Shown one piece after another: positions 51,378 to 61,797 of a DNA stretch of 64,000 bases. This DNA comes from Promethearchaeota archaeon (lineage in GTDB: Archaea; Asgardarchaeota; Lokiarchaeia; Sigyniarchaeales; SOKP01). A program made the translations under genes and the position numbers. Numbering within the stretch: position 1 is the stretch's first letter; the number at the start of each line of letters is the position of its first letter. The notes under the pieces are model-generated. The model made no database searches, was not told the origin of the DNA, and saw only the letters and a list, made by a program, of their open reading frames with translations. Where the stretch lies: assembly GCA_019057795.1 (NCBI GenBank), contig JAHLWS010000067.1, positions 1-64,000 on the forward strand. The letters run 5' to 3'.

Positions 51378-52082
51378 ATGCTTATTCTAGAAGGATGGAT
51401 CGATGGGATTACAGCCTCGGGTGTCGTTATTTTTGGCATTATTTTTGGCATATTCTTTTTATATAAATCGCGAAAATCTGGTGCTAAGATTTTAACAATT
51501 TTGGGGGTAGTAAATATTTTAGCGGGACTTATGTATTTAGGGGTTTTTACGGATTTTTTGGTGGTTCTTATGACGCAAAACAATTTGGATAACACCTACG
51601 GTTTGGTGGGAATATTGAGTTACATCTGGTTCGCCCCCATAATCATACTCGCGATTTATATCGGTGCTGAACTCTTAGTACCTAAGAAAAAGTGGTACTT
51701 AATGATATTAATTATTATCTTAAGCGCTATATTTGAAGTTCTTTTCATCTTAGATCCACTGGGCACTTTTAATTTCGTTGATCCAGTAAATCCAGGAGAG
51801 ATATTAATTGATTATAATGTTAACATGTTTACACCAGCAGGTCTTATTATGGCTGTTTTATTATTAACCGTTTTAATAATTCTTGGTTTTGGGTTTTTAA
51901 TAAAAAGTTTTCAGTCTACCGGCATTTTAAAAAAGAAGTTTTTTCTCTTATCAATGGGATCTATATGCTTCTGTATATTCGGATTATTGGAAGGGTTAAC
52001 TGCTCCAGGATTGATGGTAATTTTCGTTAGAATCGGATATTTAACTAGTTTTTGGCTAATGTATTTCGGGCTAAAAACTTAA
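51378..52082 (+). CDS. 7-TM membrane protein (HisKA_7TM-like sensor module without kinase)
   Basis: Seven hydrophobic segments, no soluble output domain. Confidence 0.7.
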   Translation: MLILEGWIDGITASGVVIFGIIFGIFFLYKSRKSGAKILTILGVVNILAGLMYLGVFTDFLVVLMTQNNLDNTYGLVGILSYIWFAPIIILAIYIGAELLVPKKKWYLMILIIILSAIFEVLFILDPLGTFNFVDPVNPGEILIDYNVNMFTPAGLIMAVLLLTVLIILGFGFLIKSFQSTGILKKKFFLLSMGSICFCIFGLLEGLTAPGLMVIFVRIGYLTSFWLMYFGLKT

Positions 52083-52191
52083 ATTTACATTAAAAATATA
52101 ACTATCAATTTTTTTTTCTTTTAACTATTTTAAAAGGCAAATTAAAAATTGCTTTCTTAATTTTTTCAAACAAGGATTAATTATCGATTAC

Positions 52192-53226
52192 TTGGTACTA
52201 ATTTTGTACAAATTTAAATCTGAAGTCAATAAAATTGATGATGTCTATCGAATTAAAATTGACGTTCCATTTGCCGTAAAGTTCGTTAGTCTTTACCTTT
52301 TTAAATTAGATGATCAATACATTCTAATAGATGCTGGTTTAAATATGGGAAATTGGAGTAAACTTCTTTTTTCAGCGCTTAACGATTTAAATATAACAAT
52401 TGGAGATATTGATTATTGTTTTATAACACATATTCATTTGGATCACATCGGGTTAGTAAAAACTCTTAAACGCAAAAACCCAAATCTGAAAGTAGTGATG
52501 AACGATATAACCCATAAAATTCTGCGATGGGAAACAAACGATTCAACTATGGAAGAGTTAAAATCCGAAGCTAAAAAAGTTGCAAATCTGATGATAAAAT
52601 GTGGAATTAACAAAGAACAAGGGAAAAGAGTGGTTCAATTTTTCACTTTTTGGCCGAGACTTCTGCGCTACCAAAAACCAGATGTAATTGTGCGCGATAA
52701 CGATAGATTTTTGGACGATTTAGAAATAATTTGGACTCCAGGTCACAGTTTTGGTCACACTTGTATCTTTAATGTTAAAAAGAAATATCTTTTTTCTGGA
52801 GATCACATCCTTTCGAGAATTACTCCACATATCGGGAATTTCTTGATTCCTAATACTCTTAAGGACGAATACGAGAAGTACGATTTTGATAACATTTTAG
52901 AACATTATCTAAACTCGCTGGATCGAATTGAGAAATTAAATTCAAAAATAATTTTTCCTGCTCATCAAGATATCATATATAATTCACACGAGCGTATTTT
53001 AGAGATAAAGAAACATCACGAGAAAAGGTTATCTGAAATTTCGAGTTTAATTAAAAACAAGCCTATGACGCCATTCAAAGTTTCTCAGGTTCATTTTGGA
53101 ACTGATTTAGATGAAATGAATTCATTTATGGCTTTAAGTGAAGTATTAGGGCATCTTTTTTATCTGGAAAAGCAAGGAACTGTGCATAAATTTGAAAAAA
53201 GCGGAAAAATTTATTACAAAAGTTAA
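52192..53226 (+). CDS. MBL-fold metallo-hydrolase
   Basis: IDAG, THIHLDHIG, TPGHSFGH, FSGDH, PAH. Confidence 0.9.
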   Translation: MVLILYKFKSEVNKIDDVYRIKIDVPFAVKFVSLYLFKLDDQYILIDAGLNMGNWSKLLFSALNDLNITIGDIDYCFITHIHLDHIGLVKTLKRKNPNLKVVMNDITHKILRWETNDSTMEELKSEAKKVANLMIKCGINKEQGKRVVQFFTFWPRLLRYQKPDVIVRDNDRFLDDLEIIWTPGHSFGHTCIFNVKKKYLFSGDHILSRITPHIGNFLIPNTLKDEYEKYDFDNILEHYLNSLDRIEKLNSKIIFPAHQDIIYNSHERILEIKKHHEKRLSEISSLIKNKPMTPFKVSQVHFGTDLDEMNSFMALSEVLGHLFYLEKQGTVHKFEKSGKIYYKS

Positions 53227-53266
53227 ACGCTTAGTCAAAAAAGTAATTTGATGTAAAAAAATCTCT

Positions 53267-53728
53267 TTATATTGGCAACCTTGCATCTTGAGATTTTGTT
53301 TTTATCGGTTTCAAAACCACACAAATTCTTTCTACGCTCTTTACATCGTTACGCCCTCGAAAATTTTCAACAAGCGCATCTAATTCGCTAATTTCTGGGA
53401 CATTTACTTTTATTAAAACGCCACATTGGCCTGCGAGAAAATAAACTTCCTCACACTGAGGGATAATCTGCGTTTCTCTTATCAATTCTTTAATTTCTGA
53501 TTCGTTATTGGGAATTACCGTAAGAAAAGCTATAATACATCTTTCATCCTCTCTACATATTTTAATCGTAAATTTTTCGATAACTTTTTCATTTTGTAAT
53601 TTAATAACGCGCTTTCTTACCGTTGATTCGGATAGGCCAACCTCTTCGGCAATTTCTCGATAAGGACGCCGTGAATCTTCGATAAGCATTTCTAAAATAC
53701 GTTTATCCTTCTCATCTAGGTTTTTCAT
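53267..53728 (-). CDS. Lrp/AsnC transcriptional regulator
   Basis: LDEKDKRIL..L..DSRRPYREIAEEVGLSESTVRKRV. Confidence 0.93.
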   Translation of the reverse strand: MKNLDEKDKRILEMLIEDSRRPYREIAEEVGLSESTVRKRVIKLQNEKVIEKFTIKICREDERCIIAFLTVIPNNESEIKELIRETQIIPQCEEVYFLAGQCGVLIKVNVPEISELDALVENFRGRNDVKSVERICVVLKPIKTKSQDARLPI

Positions 53729-53822
53729 TTTAATTCTTTCCTATGGGTTTTTATGTTTACAAATGTATAAAAAAATTTTAATTAAAATTTTAAAAAAATT
53801 ATATTATTAGTTTTACATTGAA

Positions 53823-54776
53823 TTATTCTACGTATTCTGGGTATTCTCCGAGTAACGGTGCGAAAAGTCTTTCGTACTCAACTGCCATACAATGAATACC
53901 TGCTGCTTTAGTAGATTTCTTGATCTCTGCAATGAAAGGCTTGAAAAAGTCAATATTTATCTTGTCAATAGCTGCATATTTGCCAGGCTTATTTCCTTTA
54001 TTTTCCTTTTCTGCTTTTTTAAGAGCTTTCAATAGATCTTTTGGAACGCTAACTCCAGGGATATAGTTATCAAAATACCAAGCTATTCCGTGACTTTTTA
54101 ATGGAAAGAGCCCAAGAAGCACTGGAACATTGTATTGTTCTAGTTCTTTTAGGAAGTCTTTTGCGTCGTCAATATCAAACGCTGTTTGAGTTTGGATAAA
54201 ATCAATACCACGATCTACCTTACGACCAACCTTTAGGATTTCGGGTTCGCGAGGGTTACTGTTAGGGTTAGCAACGCAACCAAAATTCATTTCTATTTTG
54301 CCTCCCTTTAACTCGTTTCCTTCGTAGTCAGTTCCCTCATCAATCATAATAGAAAGCATTTCACAGAACTGTGTGCTATCAATGTCATAAACTGCACGGG
54401 CTTTTTTATGATCTCCAAGAGCTGTATGGTCTCCTGTGAGAGTTAGAATGTTCTTCAACCCCAAAACTGCACCAGCTACTACATCCCCAAAAAGTGCTAC
54501 TCGATTTCGATCCCTAACTGTGACTTGCCATACTGCTTCAATTCCCGCTTCTTCTTGGATTTTGTAGCTTGGGACCAATGATGCCATGTAGGCATCGCCT
54601 TGTGGACCATCCGTTACATTTGCTGCTACGATTCTTTTAGTCTTTTTCATCTCCTTTGCGGAATGGATAATCTCGCTAAGATCCAGAATTTTCTTTGGCT
54701 CTAGCTCACCAGTGAAAACAAAATGGCCCGCTTCGATCGCTTTGCATAATTGGCTATACGCCTTTCTTTTTGCCAT
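53823..54776 (-). CDS. metF: Methylenetetrahydrofolate reductase, copy 2
   Basis: TGELEP, NVTDG, RDRNR, LTGDH, FIQTQ. Confidence 0.9.
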   Translation of the reverse strand: MAKRKAYSQLCKAIEAGHFVFTGELEPKKILDLSEIIHSAKEMKKTKRIVAANVTDGPQGDAYMASLVPSYKIQEEAGIEAVWQVTVRDRNRVALFGDVVAGAVLGLKNILTLTGDHTALGDHKKARAVYDIDSTQFCEMLSIMIDEGTDYEGNELKGGKIEMNFGCVANPNSNPREPEILKVGRKVDRGIDFIQTQTAFDIDDAKDFLKELEQYNVPVLLGLFPLKSHGIAWYFDNYIPGVSVPKDLLKALKKAEKENKGNKPGKYAAIDKINIDFFKPFIAEIKKSTKAAGIHCMAVEYERLFAPLLGEYPEYVE

Positions 54777-55481
54777 TTAATTTTCCGCCTCCGTTTTTTC
54801 TTCTTCATTAGTATATTCCTTATTGATAACTAAGTATCCAGGACTGGTAGACGTGCGAAAGTCCCTTGGGGGTCTGTATTTTTTAAAGAGATCGAGTCTA
54901 TTAAATTCTTTTAACCTCGTCCAAATGCGTACCCACGCGCAAGGAAGCGTATAACCACCTACTTCACACATCCCATCTACCATTCCTCCACAGGGTCCGT
55001 TACTTAAGTGTTTAGCACATCCTGCTCGGGGACATAATCCCCCAGTCTCTCCAATTATACAATCTCCGCACTCCTCACAATATTCAATGAAATTATTCTC
55101 ACCACTGTCTTGTACGCCTCCAAACATGCTATCTTGGGCGGGGAAAGTTAACTTACTGGGAAGCACTTTATTCAGCATTACGACACCAAGCCCACAAGCA
55201 AGAGAAACTATAGCTTCGCAGTCGTCGATGTAAGGTCGCACTGTTGTTGCTGCAACTCTATCGTCACACTGTCTTAATACCGTTATTGCTTTCCACGTTA
55301 ACTTCTTACCTTCAGTTCGGGCTTTTAATTCTAAAAGTTGTCCAAGAACTTTTGCTTCATTTATGGAGCGTGGTGGTTGACAGCAACCATCGCATCCAGC
55401 TATTAATATCTTGTTATAGCTCTTAACCATTTCATAAATTTCGTTTATGTCTTTTTGTTGTGTAATTATCATATCATACAC
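54777..55481 (-). CDS. metV: MetV, copy 2
   Basis: MIITQQK, GCDGCC, RQCD, ACGLGV, CEECGDC..TGGLCP...NGPCGG. Confidence 0.9.
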   Translation of the reverse strand: MYDMIITQQKDINEIYEMVKSYNKILIAGCDGCCQPPRSINEAKVLGQLLELKARTEGKKLTWKAITVLRQCDDRVAATTVRPYIDDCEAIVSLACGLGVVMLNKVLPSKLTFPAQDSMFGGVQDSGENNFIEYCEECGDCIIGETGGLCPRAGCAKHLSNGPCGGMVDGMCEVGGYTLPCAWVRIWTRLKEFNRLDLFKKYRPPRDFRTSTSPGYLVINKEYTNEEEKTEAEN

Positions 55482-55555
55482 GCTTTTTATTCTTGATTTT
55501 TCAGATTTTATTAGATTTTTATTATTTGCTTAAATCGTAAAAAAAGTTTTTTTTA

Positions 55556-56440
55556 TTATATTTTTAATTTTTCCATTAATTTCGTTGGTTTTACACTTCG
55601 TTGCTTTAAAGCTAGCTTTGTTGTATCGACTCCCAAAGCGATTGCCATTAATTCTGCTAGATATAGAACTGGAATATCAAGTTCTTTCTCACTTTTTCTG
55701 GAGATCAATTTTTCTTTTCTATCGTATTGGGTAGCACAAGCGGGACAAACGGCAACCATTCCATCTACTTCTTTGTGGAAATTTTTTAAGTCTGTCATTT
55801 TTTCTTCGACTAAATTCATTCCTATTTCATCTTGTAATCTAGCGCAGTACCCACAGCATTCAAGTTTAGTAGCAAATTCTACGGGCGAAGCTCCTATAGC
55901 TTTTAGTATTTTATCCATGCTCTCAGGCCGTTCGGGATGATCAAATTGCATTATTTTTGAAGGTCTTATAAGATGACAACCATAATGCGAAGCAATATTT
56001 AAACTATCTAACGGTTTAACAACTTTGCTTTTAATCTTTTCAAGCATCTCATCTTGGCTAAACAATTCCGCAAAATGAATAACTTTTGAAGTCCCTTTAT
56101 ATTCGATGCCAAGCTTTCCTAGAACGGCATTTACTCTATCAAATGCTGCCTTATCTTCTTTTAATAAAACATGGACCGTTTTTAAGGTCTCATAACATCC
56201 AGAACACACGGTCATGATGTCTAATCCAAGTTTTTCGGCAATAGATAGATTTCTCGCTCCTAATGTTAACCAAGTATCAATATTGAGCGATTGAGTTGCA
56301 ACAGGATCGGGACAACATCCCGCACCCTCCATCTCCTTATACTTTATTCCTAAGATTTTAGAGATTTCTCGAAAGGCTTTTTCAAAATGTGGCATTTTCA
56401 AAGGGATTGTACACCCTAAATACAACGCATATTCCATCAT
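55556..56440 (-). CDS. hdrB: Heterodisulfide reductase subunit B
   Basis: Two complete CCG domains: GC...GCCP...CSGC and YGCH...ECCG...CPAC. Confidence 0.93.
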   Translation of the reverse strand: MMEYALYLGCTIPLKMPHFEKAFREISKILGIKYKEMEGAGCCPDPVATQSLNIDTWLTLGARNLSIAEKLGLDIMTVCSGCYETLKTVHVLLKEDKAAFDRVNAVLGKLGIEYKGTSKVIHFAELFSQDEMLEKIKSKVVKPLDSLNIASHYGCHLIRPSKIMQFDHPERPESMDKILKAIGASPVEFATKLECCGYCARLQDEIGMNLVEEKMTDLKNFHKEVDGMVAVCPACATQYDRKEKLISRKSEKELDIPVLYLAELMAIALGVDTTKLALKQRSVKPTKLMEKLKI

Positions 56441-56973
56441 TTTTCATCATCCTCTTCTTTTTTTATTAAATTCCCTAGTCCGGTCTCTTTTATTATGAAT
56501 TGAATCTCATCTAAGTTAGGACCTACGATATTTGGTAAGTCCATTTTGTTTCTCCTTCTGTCTATAGTAGTTTTCATACCACCTGTATATGGTATTACAA
56601 AACCATTAGTATAAATCGTATTTATCGTAACAGAATATTCTATCGGCACATTTCCTTCTTTCACTGCCATGTTTCTTAGAAGCGCTAAGATAAACGAATA
56701 ATCTACATTCTTTGGACATCTTTCTGTGCACCGATGGCATAGTGAGCACGTCCATATAGCGTTGCTCGATAAAACTTCTTCTCTCAATCCTAAAAGGCAT
56801 GAAGCAACAACTCTATGAGGTTGTAAATCGACATATTCCGTTACTGTGCAACCAGAGCTACATACTCCGCATTGAATACACTTTAATAAAGATTTTGCCC
56901 CCACTTTTTCGCTAATTTCGTACCTAAAATTGTTATCTAAATCTTTAGCTTGTTTTACAACATTATCAGACAT
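56437..56973 (-). CDS. hdrC: Heterodisulfide reductase subunit C
   Basis: CIQCGVCSSGC and WTCSLCHRCTERCP. Confidence 0.93.
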   Translation of the reverse strand: MSDNVVKQAKDLDNNFRYEISEKVGAKSLLKCIQCGVCSSGCTVTEYVDLQPHRVVASCLLGLREEVLSSNAIWTCSLCHRCTERCPKNVDYSFILALLRNMAVKEGNVPIEYSVTINTIYTNGFVIPYTGGMKTTIDRRRNKMDLPNIVGPNLDEIQFIIKETGLGNLIKKEEDDEK

Positions 56974-56976
56974 TTT

Positions 56977-59900
56977 TTAAGCACCCTCCTTAGCTTTTTC
57001 TTTTTTTTCAATTTTATCACCTGTTTTACTTAGTGGTCCAAGTTCTTTTACTTTATTAACGAATTCGGTAATGACTTGAGAGAAACGTTTACCTTCGCTA
57101 GCTGATATCCATTCAAGTCGGTAACGTTCAGGATTAATTCCTACACTTTCTAATGTTTCTTGAATCTCATTGTAACGCCTTAACATGTCGTAATTGCCTT
57201 CTATATAGTGACAATCTCCAATGTGGCATCCGCCAATTAACACTCCGTCGGCACCTTCCAAAAATGCTTGTAATATGAAACTTTTAGGAATTCTTCCAGT
57301 ACACATAACTCTAATAGGTCTAATATTAGGGGGATATTGAAATCTACTTACACCACAAGTATCTGCTCCCGCATAGCTACACCAATTGCATAAGAAAGCT
57401 ACAATCCTAGGTCTTTCGTCTATAAAATCTCCTTTAACTGCTTCTGTAATCATTGGGTATATTTGATCGTCAGCAAAATGTTGCATAGTAATTGCCCCTG
57501 CAGGACACGCTGCCGAACAATCTCCACACCCTTTACACAATAAAGGGTTAGACTCTGAAACCAACACTTCGTTATCGAAATTGACTCCAATAGCTCCGAA
57601 GTTACATACCTCCTCGCATTTTTGACAGGCTATACATAATGCCGGGTTAACAATTGAAACCAGTGGTTCGTTTTCTACCTCTCCAGAAATCAACGGGATT
57701 AGCGCATGAGCAGCAGCAGCTCGTCCTTGAGATATTGAATCAGCAATACCTTTTGGACCGTGAGCAGTACCAGCTAAATAAATTCCATCAGTCGCAAAAT
57801 CAACGGGTCTTAATTTTACATGAGCTTCTAAAAAGAACCCTTTTTGGTCTCTGGCGCACTTTATGAATTCTCCAAGTTTTTTAGTATCATAGGGTACTAA
57901 AGGCGTTGACAGGACTACCTTGTCGGCTTCGATGTTAAGAGTTATTTGAGTTAAAATATCGTTAACCTTGACATTAATTTTTCCATTAACGAGATCAACT
58001 TCGGGGTAATCGTTAAATCGAATGTAGTTGATATTTTCACGAGCTTTCCAGTAATATTGTTCTTCATCAGTTCCTACGCGTATATCTCTATAGAGAACGT
58101 AGATTTGCGAATTAGGGTAATTTTCTTTTATGTATAAAGCGTGTCTTATAGATTCAGAGCAACATATTAAGGAACAGTAAGTAACTCCATTACCGCCTTC
58201 AGGTTGTCGCGAAGCAACGCAGTGAATAAAGACGAAAGTCTCGCCATCCTTTAGTTCATCGTCTCTTAACTTTTGAGATAGTTCTAGTTGAGTCATTATT
58301 CTCTCATCTTCCCCGTAATGGTACCAACCTTTTGGTTTATATTCGTAAGCGCCAGTAGCTGCGATTATAACTCCAACATTTAAATCTGTGCTATTCTCAT
58401 CAGTTAAATTTTTAACTTTGATGTTAAAATCTCCTATTGAACCCTTAACCTCTACAACTTCGGAATTTAAGTAAGCCGTGAGATTTTTTAACCCGTTAAA
58501 TTCTTTAAGCCTCTCTTCTAAAAACTGTTTTGAGTCAATTCTATCGAAATTAAGCTTATAAATAAGGTTTAATTGCCCACCTAATTTGTCGTCTTTCTCT
58601 ATAAGGTGTACTTTGAAGCCTTTTTTGGCAATTTCCATAGCAGCAGACATTCCAGCGATACCTCCACCGATTATTAACGCCTCTGGGACAACATCTCCCT
58701 TAATTCTAATTTCTGATTTTTGAAATCGTACACGCGCTACGCCCATTCTTATTAGATCTTTTGCTTTATCTGTCGCCTTTTCATATTCCTTCATATGAAC
58801 CCAAGAATCTAATTCCCGAATACTTACGAAATTAAATAAATATTCGTTTAGTCCTGCTTCTCGAATAGTTTTTTGAAATAATGGTTCGTGAGTTCTTGGT
58901 GTGCACGCAGCAACTATTACCCGGTTTAAGTCTAATTCCACAATCTTTTCCTTAATAATGTCTTGTGTGAGACTTGAACAACTATATTTGTTGTCCATCG
59001 AGAAAACTACATTTGGAAGCGTTTTGGAATACTCAACAAGCGCCGGAATATCCATATAACCCCCTATATTTACTCCACACTTACAAACAAATACTCCTAT
59101 TCTTGGTTCGTCTCTGGGATTTACTACTTTTAAGGGAGGCAAAATAACCTCTAATTCTTCAGGACTTAAAGGAACGGCATGCACAGCGCCTAAAGCCGCT
59201 GCCCCTCCAGCTTTTGCTACTGAATTAGCTATGTCGTCAGGGGATTGACAAGAACCAGATACATAAATCCCATCCCGAGTAGACCGTAGATCTTCGGTCG
59301 AATTTTTTGTTTTAAAAAACCCTAATTCGTTTGTTTCAATCCCTAACATTTCGGCAAGCTTTTCGGTTCCCTTACGGGGGATCACTGCGTTTGCCAACAC
59401 AACCAAATCAAATTCACTAGTTTCAACGTCTCCCGTATCTAGGTTCGCGTGTTTTACAAAAAGGTTATGATTCTCGGGATTTTCTCGAATATCACCGGGA
59501 ATGCCGCGATAATAAATTAATTTGTATTCATCTTTTGCTCTTTCAATGAATTCTTCTTGATTTTTTCCGATTACACGAGTATCGTTGAAAAATATCGTCA
59601 CATTTGTGTCTGGAGCGTGTTCTCGAGTGACAACCCCTTCTTTGGCCATATACATACAACAGAATTTCGAACAATAAGCACATAAATCCTCATTTCGAGA
59701 ACCAACGCACCCAATAAAACCAATTTCGTGGGCGTGTTTTTTATCTGAGGGTCTAAGCAATTGTCCTTCAGTAGGACCAGATGCGCTTAATAAACGTTCA
59801 TATTGCATTGCTGTAATAACATTAGGATACTCTCCGTAATGGTATCTATCTATTGGTGTTGGATCTAATAGGTCTATTCCTGTAGCAACAATAATTGATG

Positions 59901-60462
59901 CCACATTATACTCAACTACTTCGTCTTTCATATCCCAAGTAATAGCTTCAGCTTCACACTCTTTTTCGCATAATAGGCACGCATCTTTCGTTAGATATAG
60001 ACATTTTTCAGCATCAATGATTGCCTTTCTTGGTACGGCTTGTGGAAAAGGGATATATATTGCTGTGCGGTTTCCCATTCCTTCTTCGAACTCGCTCGAA
60101 ATCTTTTTCATGGGGCACTTTTCCATACAAGCGCCGCAACCTGTACATTTATCCCAATCAACATATCGTGCTTTTTTAACGATCTTTACTTTAAAATTAC
60201 CTGCTTCGCCAGATACTTCTTGAACTTCCGAATACATGAGAAGTTCTACATTAGGATGTCTAGCTACTTCCACCATTTTTGGTGCTAAAATACAAATCGA
60301 ACAATCTAAGGTTGGAAATGTTTTATCAAGTTGAGCCATACGTCCACCAACCGAGGATGTTTTTTCGACTAGAATTACTTTATAACCTTGCTCACCCAAA
60401 GTAAGGCTGGCTTCAATTCCCGAAATTCCTGCTCCTATTACCATTATATTACTATTTGGCAT
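56977..60462 (-). CDS. hdrA: HdrA (two FAD modules) fused to MvhD
   Basis: GAGISG and GGGIAG FAD motifs, KTFPTLDCSICI, internal RIGVFVCKCG, C-terminal MvhD (FLCNWCSY..RVMCTGR..GCHIGDCHY..WISASEG). Confidence 0.94.
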   Translation of the reverse strand: MPNSNIMVIGAGISGIEASLTLGEQGYKVILVEKTSSVGGRMAQLDKTFPTLDCSICILAPKMVEVARHPNVELLMYSEVQEVSGEAGNFKVKIVKKARYVDWDKCTGCGACMEKCPMKKISSEFEEGMGNRTAIYIPFPQAVPRKAIIDAEKCLYLTKDACLLCEKECEAEAITWDMKDEVVEYNVASIIVATGIDLLDPTPIDRYHYGEYPNVITAMQYERLLSASGPTEGQLLRPSDKKHAHEIGFIGCVGSRNEDLCAYCSKFCCMYMAKEGVVTREHAPDTNVTIFFNDTRVIGKNQEEFIERAKDEYKLIYYRGIPGDIRENPENHNLFVKHANLDTGDVETSEFDLVVLANAVIPRKGTEKLAEMLGIETNELGFFKTKNSTEDLRSTRDGIYVSGSCQSPDDIANSVAKAGGAAALGAVHAVPLSPEELEVILPPLKVVNPRDEPRIGVFVCKCGVNIGGYMDIPALVEYSKTLPNVVFSMDNKYSCSSLTQDIIKEKIVELDLNRVIVAACTPRTHEPLFQKTIREAGLNEYLFNFVSIRELDSWVHMKEYEKATDKAKDLIRMGVARVRFQKSEIRIKGDVVPEALIIGGGIAGMSAAMEIAKKGFKVHLIEKDDKLGGQLNLIYKLNFDRIDSKQFLEERLKEFNGLKNLTAYLNSEVVEVKGSIGDFNIKVKNLTDENSTDLNVGVIIAATGAYEYKPKGWYHYGEDERIMTQLELSQKLRDDELKDGETFVFIHCVASRQPEGGNGVTYCSLICCSESIRHALYIKENYPNSQIYVLYRDIRVGTDEEQYYWKARENINYIRFNDYPEVDLVNGKINVKVNDILTQITLNIEADKVVLSTPLVPYDTKKLGEFIKCARDQKGFFLEAHVKLRPVDFATDGIYLAGTAHGPKGIADSISQGRAAAAHALIPLISGEVENEPLVSIVNPALCIACQKCEEVCNFGAIGVNFDNEVLVSESNPLLCKGCGDCSAACPAGAITMQHFADDQIYPMITEAVKGDFIDERPRIVAFLCNWCSYAGADTCGVSRFQYPPNIRPIRVMCTGRIPKSFILQAFLEGADGVLIGGCHIGDCHYIEGNYDMLRRYNEIQETLESVGINPERYRLEWISASEGKRFSQVITEFVNKVKELGPLSKTGDKIEKKEKAKEGA

Positions 60463-61043
60463 AATTTTTTCTTCAGTTTTTGATTATTTTTTTAATATTT
60501 TTTTATTAATTTTCGTTGCTTATCTAAAATTAATTGTCCTTTTTGAAAATAATTGTTTATATTATAAACTTATATTTTTATAATTTACTTAATAGGTTAA
60601 GAATATATATAAATATTTCTCTGTTTGACGAAAATGACAAGTTTTTTGTTGAAGATTTACAAAAAAAAAGCTTTATTGATCAAAATTCTGAACAATTCTT
60701 TCTTATTTTAATAAATTTTTGCTCAAAAAGTGTCAATTTGGCAATAGAGCGTTTCTTCTCTAAGAAAATTGATGACATTTTCGTTAATTTTACGATTATT
60801 AAGATTTCAGATACCTAAATAGTTAAAAAAAATAATAAATAATAACAAGTTGATAGCGCTTATCAAAATGTTATAAAAATTAATAGAAGATAGTAGAAAT
60901 CGATTTAATTTTTTCTAAAAGTATAAAGTCATGTTATATAGATATTAATCAATATAATAAAATAAAACAAGTTAATAATCAAATAATAAACAATTAATAC
61001 AATAAGAATCCGACAAAAGCTTTATTGGTACCTGTAGGATTCT

Positions 61044-61742
61044 ATGAATGTGCTGAAAATCATGAAAATAGTTGTGTCTGGCCCTCTCCATTGCGGAAAG
61101 TCAAGTTTTATCAAATTTTTAGATGAAAAAGCCTTAAATGTCGAAGCAAAAGCTAGGGATAATAAGTTTTATACGGTTGGAATGGACTTAGGTGTGATTA
61201 GATTAAATGGGTTTGATGTCTTTTTATTTGGAACACCTGGTTTATTAAGATTCAAAGTTATGAGAGATGTAATCATTCAAGGGGCTGATGGGATTATTTT
61301 CATTTTTGATGCGGCTCATCCTGAAAAAGATGAAGATGCATTAATCATATTAAATGCCCTTAGAAAAACAATAGGAGTTGGTACGCCAATAGTTTATTTA
61401 GCAAACAAGCAAGATATTGCTGGTGCGAGACACTCTGAGATAGTAAGATCACAGAATTACTTACACGACGACGCTATGATTTTTTCGACAAGCACAAGGA
61501 CAGGAGAAAATTTAAAAGAATCTTTGAAATATCTTGTAAATCTGATATACGATAATTATTCTTCCCTCCTCACAGTACTTCGTTCATATGAAACAAATAT
61601 TGAAGGATTGGCTGAAAAGTTAGAAAAAAATCCTGTTGAGATGAGAGATTTGTTAAACAACCTTGAAATAAAGAGGTTTATTGAGGTTGACAGGCTCAGA
61701 AGAACTTACAAAGTAAAACAAGGGTTAAAACTCTTGTTGTAA
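61044..61742 (+). CDS. Small GTPase (MglA/ATP_bind_1-like) with C-terminal winged-helix-like extension
   Basis: GPLHCGKSS, TVGMD, GTPG, NKQD, STRTG; tail IEGLAEKL...MRDLLNNLEIKRFIEV...YKV. Confidence 0.85.
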   Translation: MNVLKIMKIVVSGPLHCGKSSFIKFLDEKALNVEAKARDNKFYTVGMDLGVIRLNGFDVFLFGTPGLLRFKVMRDVIIQGADGIIFIFDAAHPEKDEDALIILNALRKTIGVGTPIVYLANKQDIAGARHSEIVRSQNYLHDDAMIFSTSTRTGENLKESLKYLVNLIYDNYSSLLTVLRSYETNIEGLAEKLEKNPVEMRDLLNNLEIKRFIEVDRLRRTYKVKQGLKLLL

Positions 61743-61797
61743 AGTTTGGAGTTTATTTTTTAGCCATATAATCTGTTTTTTGATAATTAATTTACTT

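Noticed and set aside
56977-60462. Selenocysteine recoding in HdrA/MvhD
   Set aside because: The reading frame is fully open with no in-frame TGA.
55556-60462. HdrABC/MvhD as evidence of methanogenesis
   Set aside because: No mcr or mtr genes in the window; linkage to metVF points to an acetogen-type role.
60534-60818. 94-aa ORF in the hdrA/GTPase divergent spacer
   Set aside because: Low-complexity AT-rich translation, TTG start without RBS; most likely promoter DNA.
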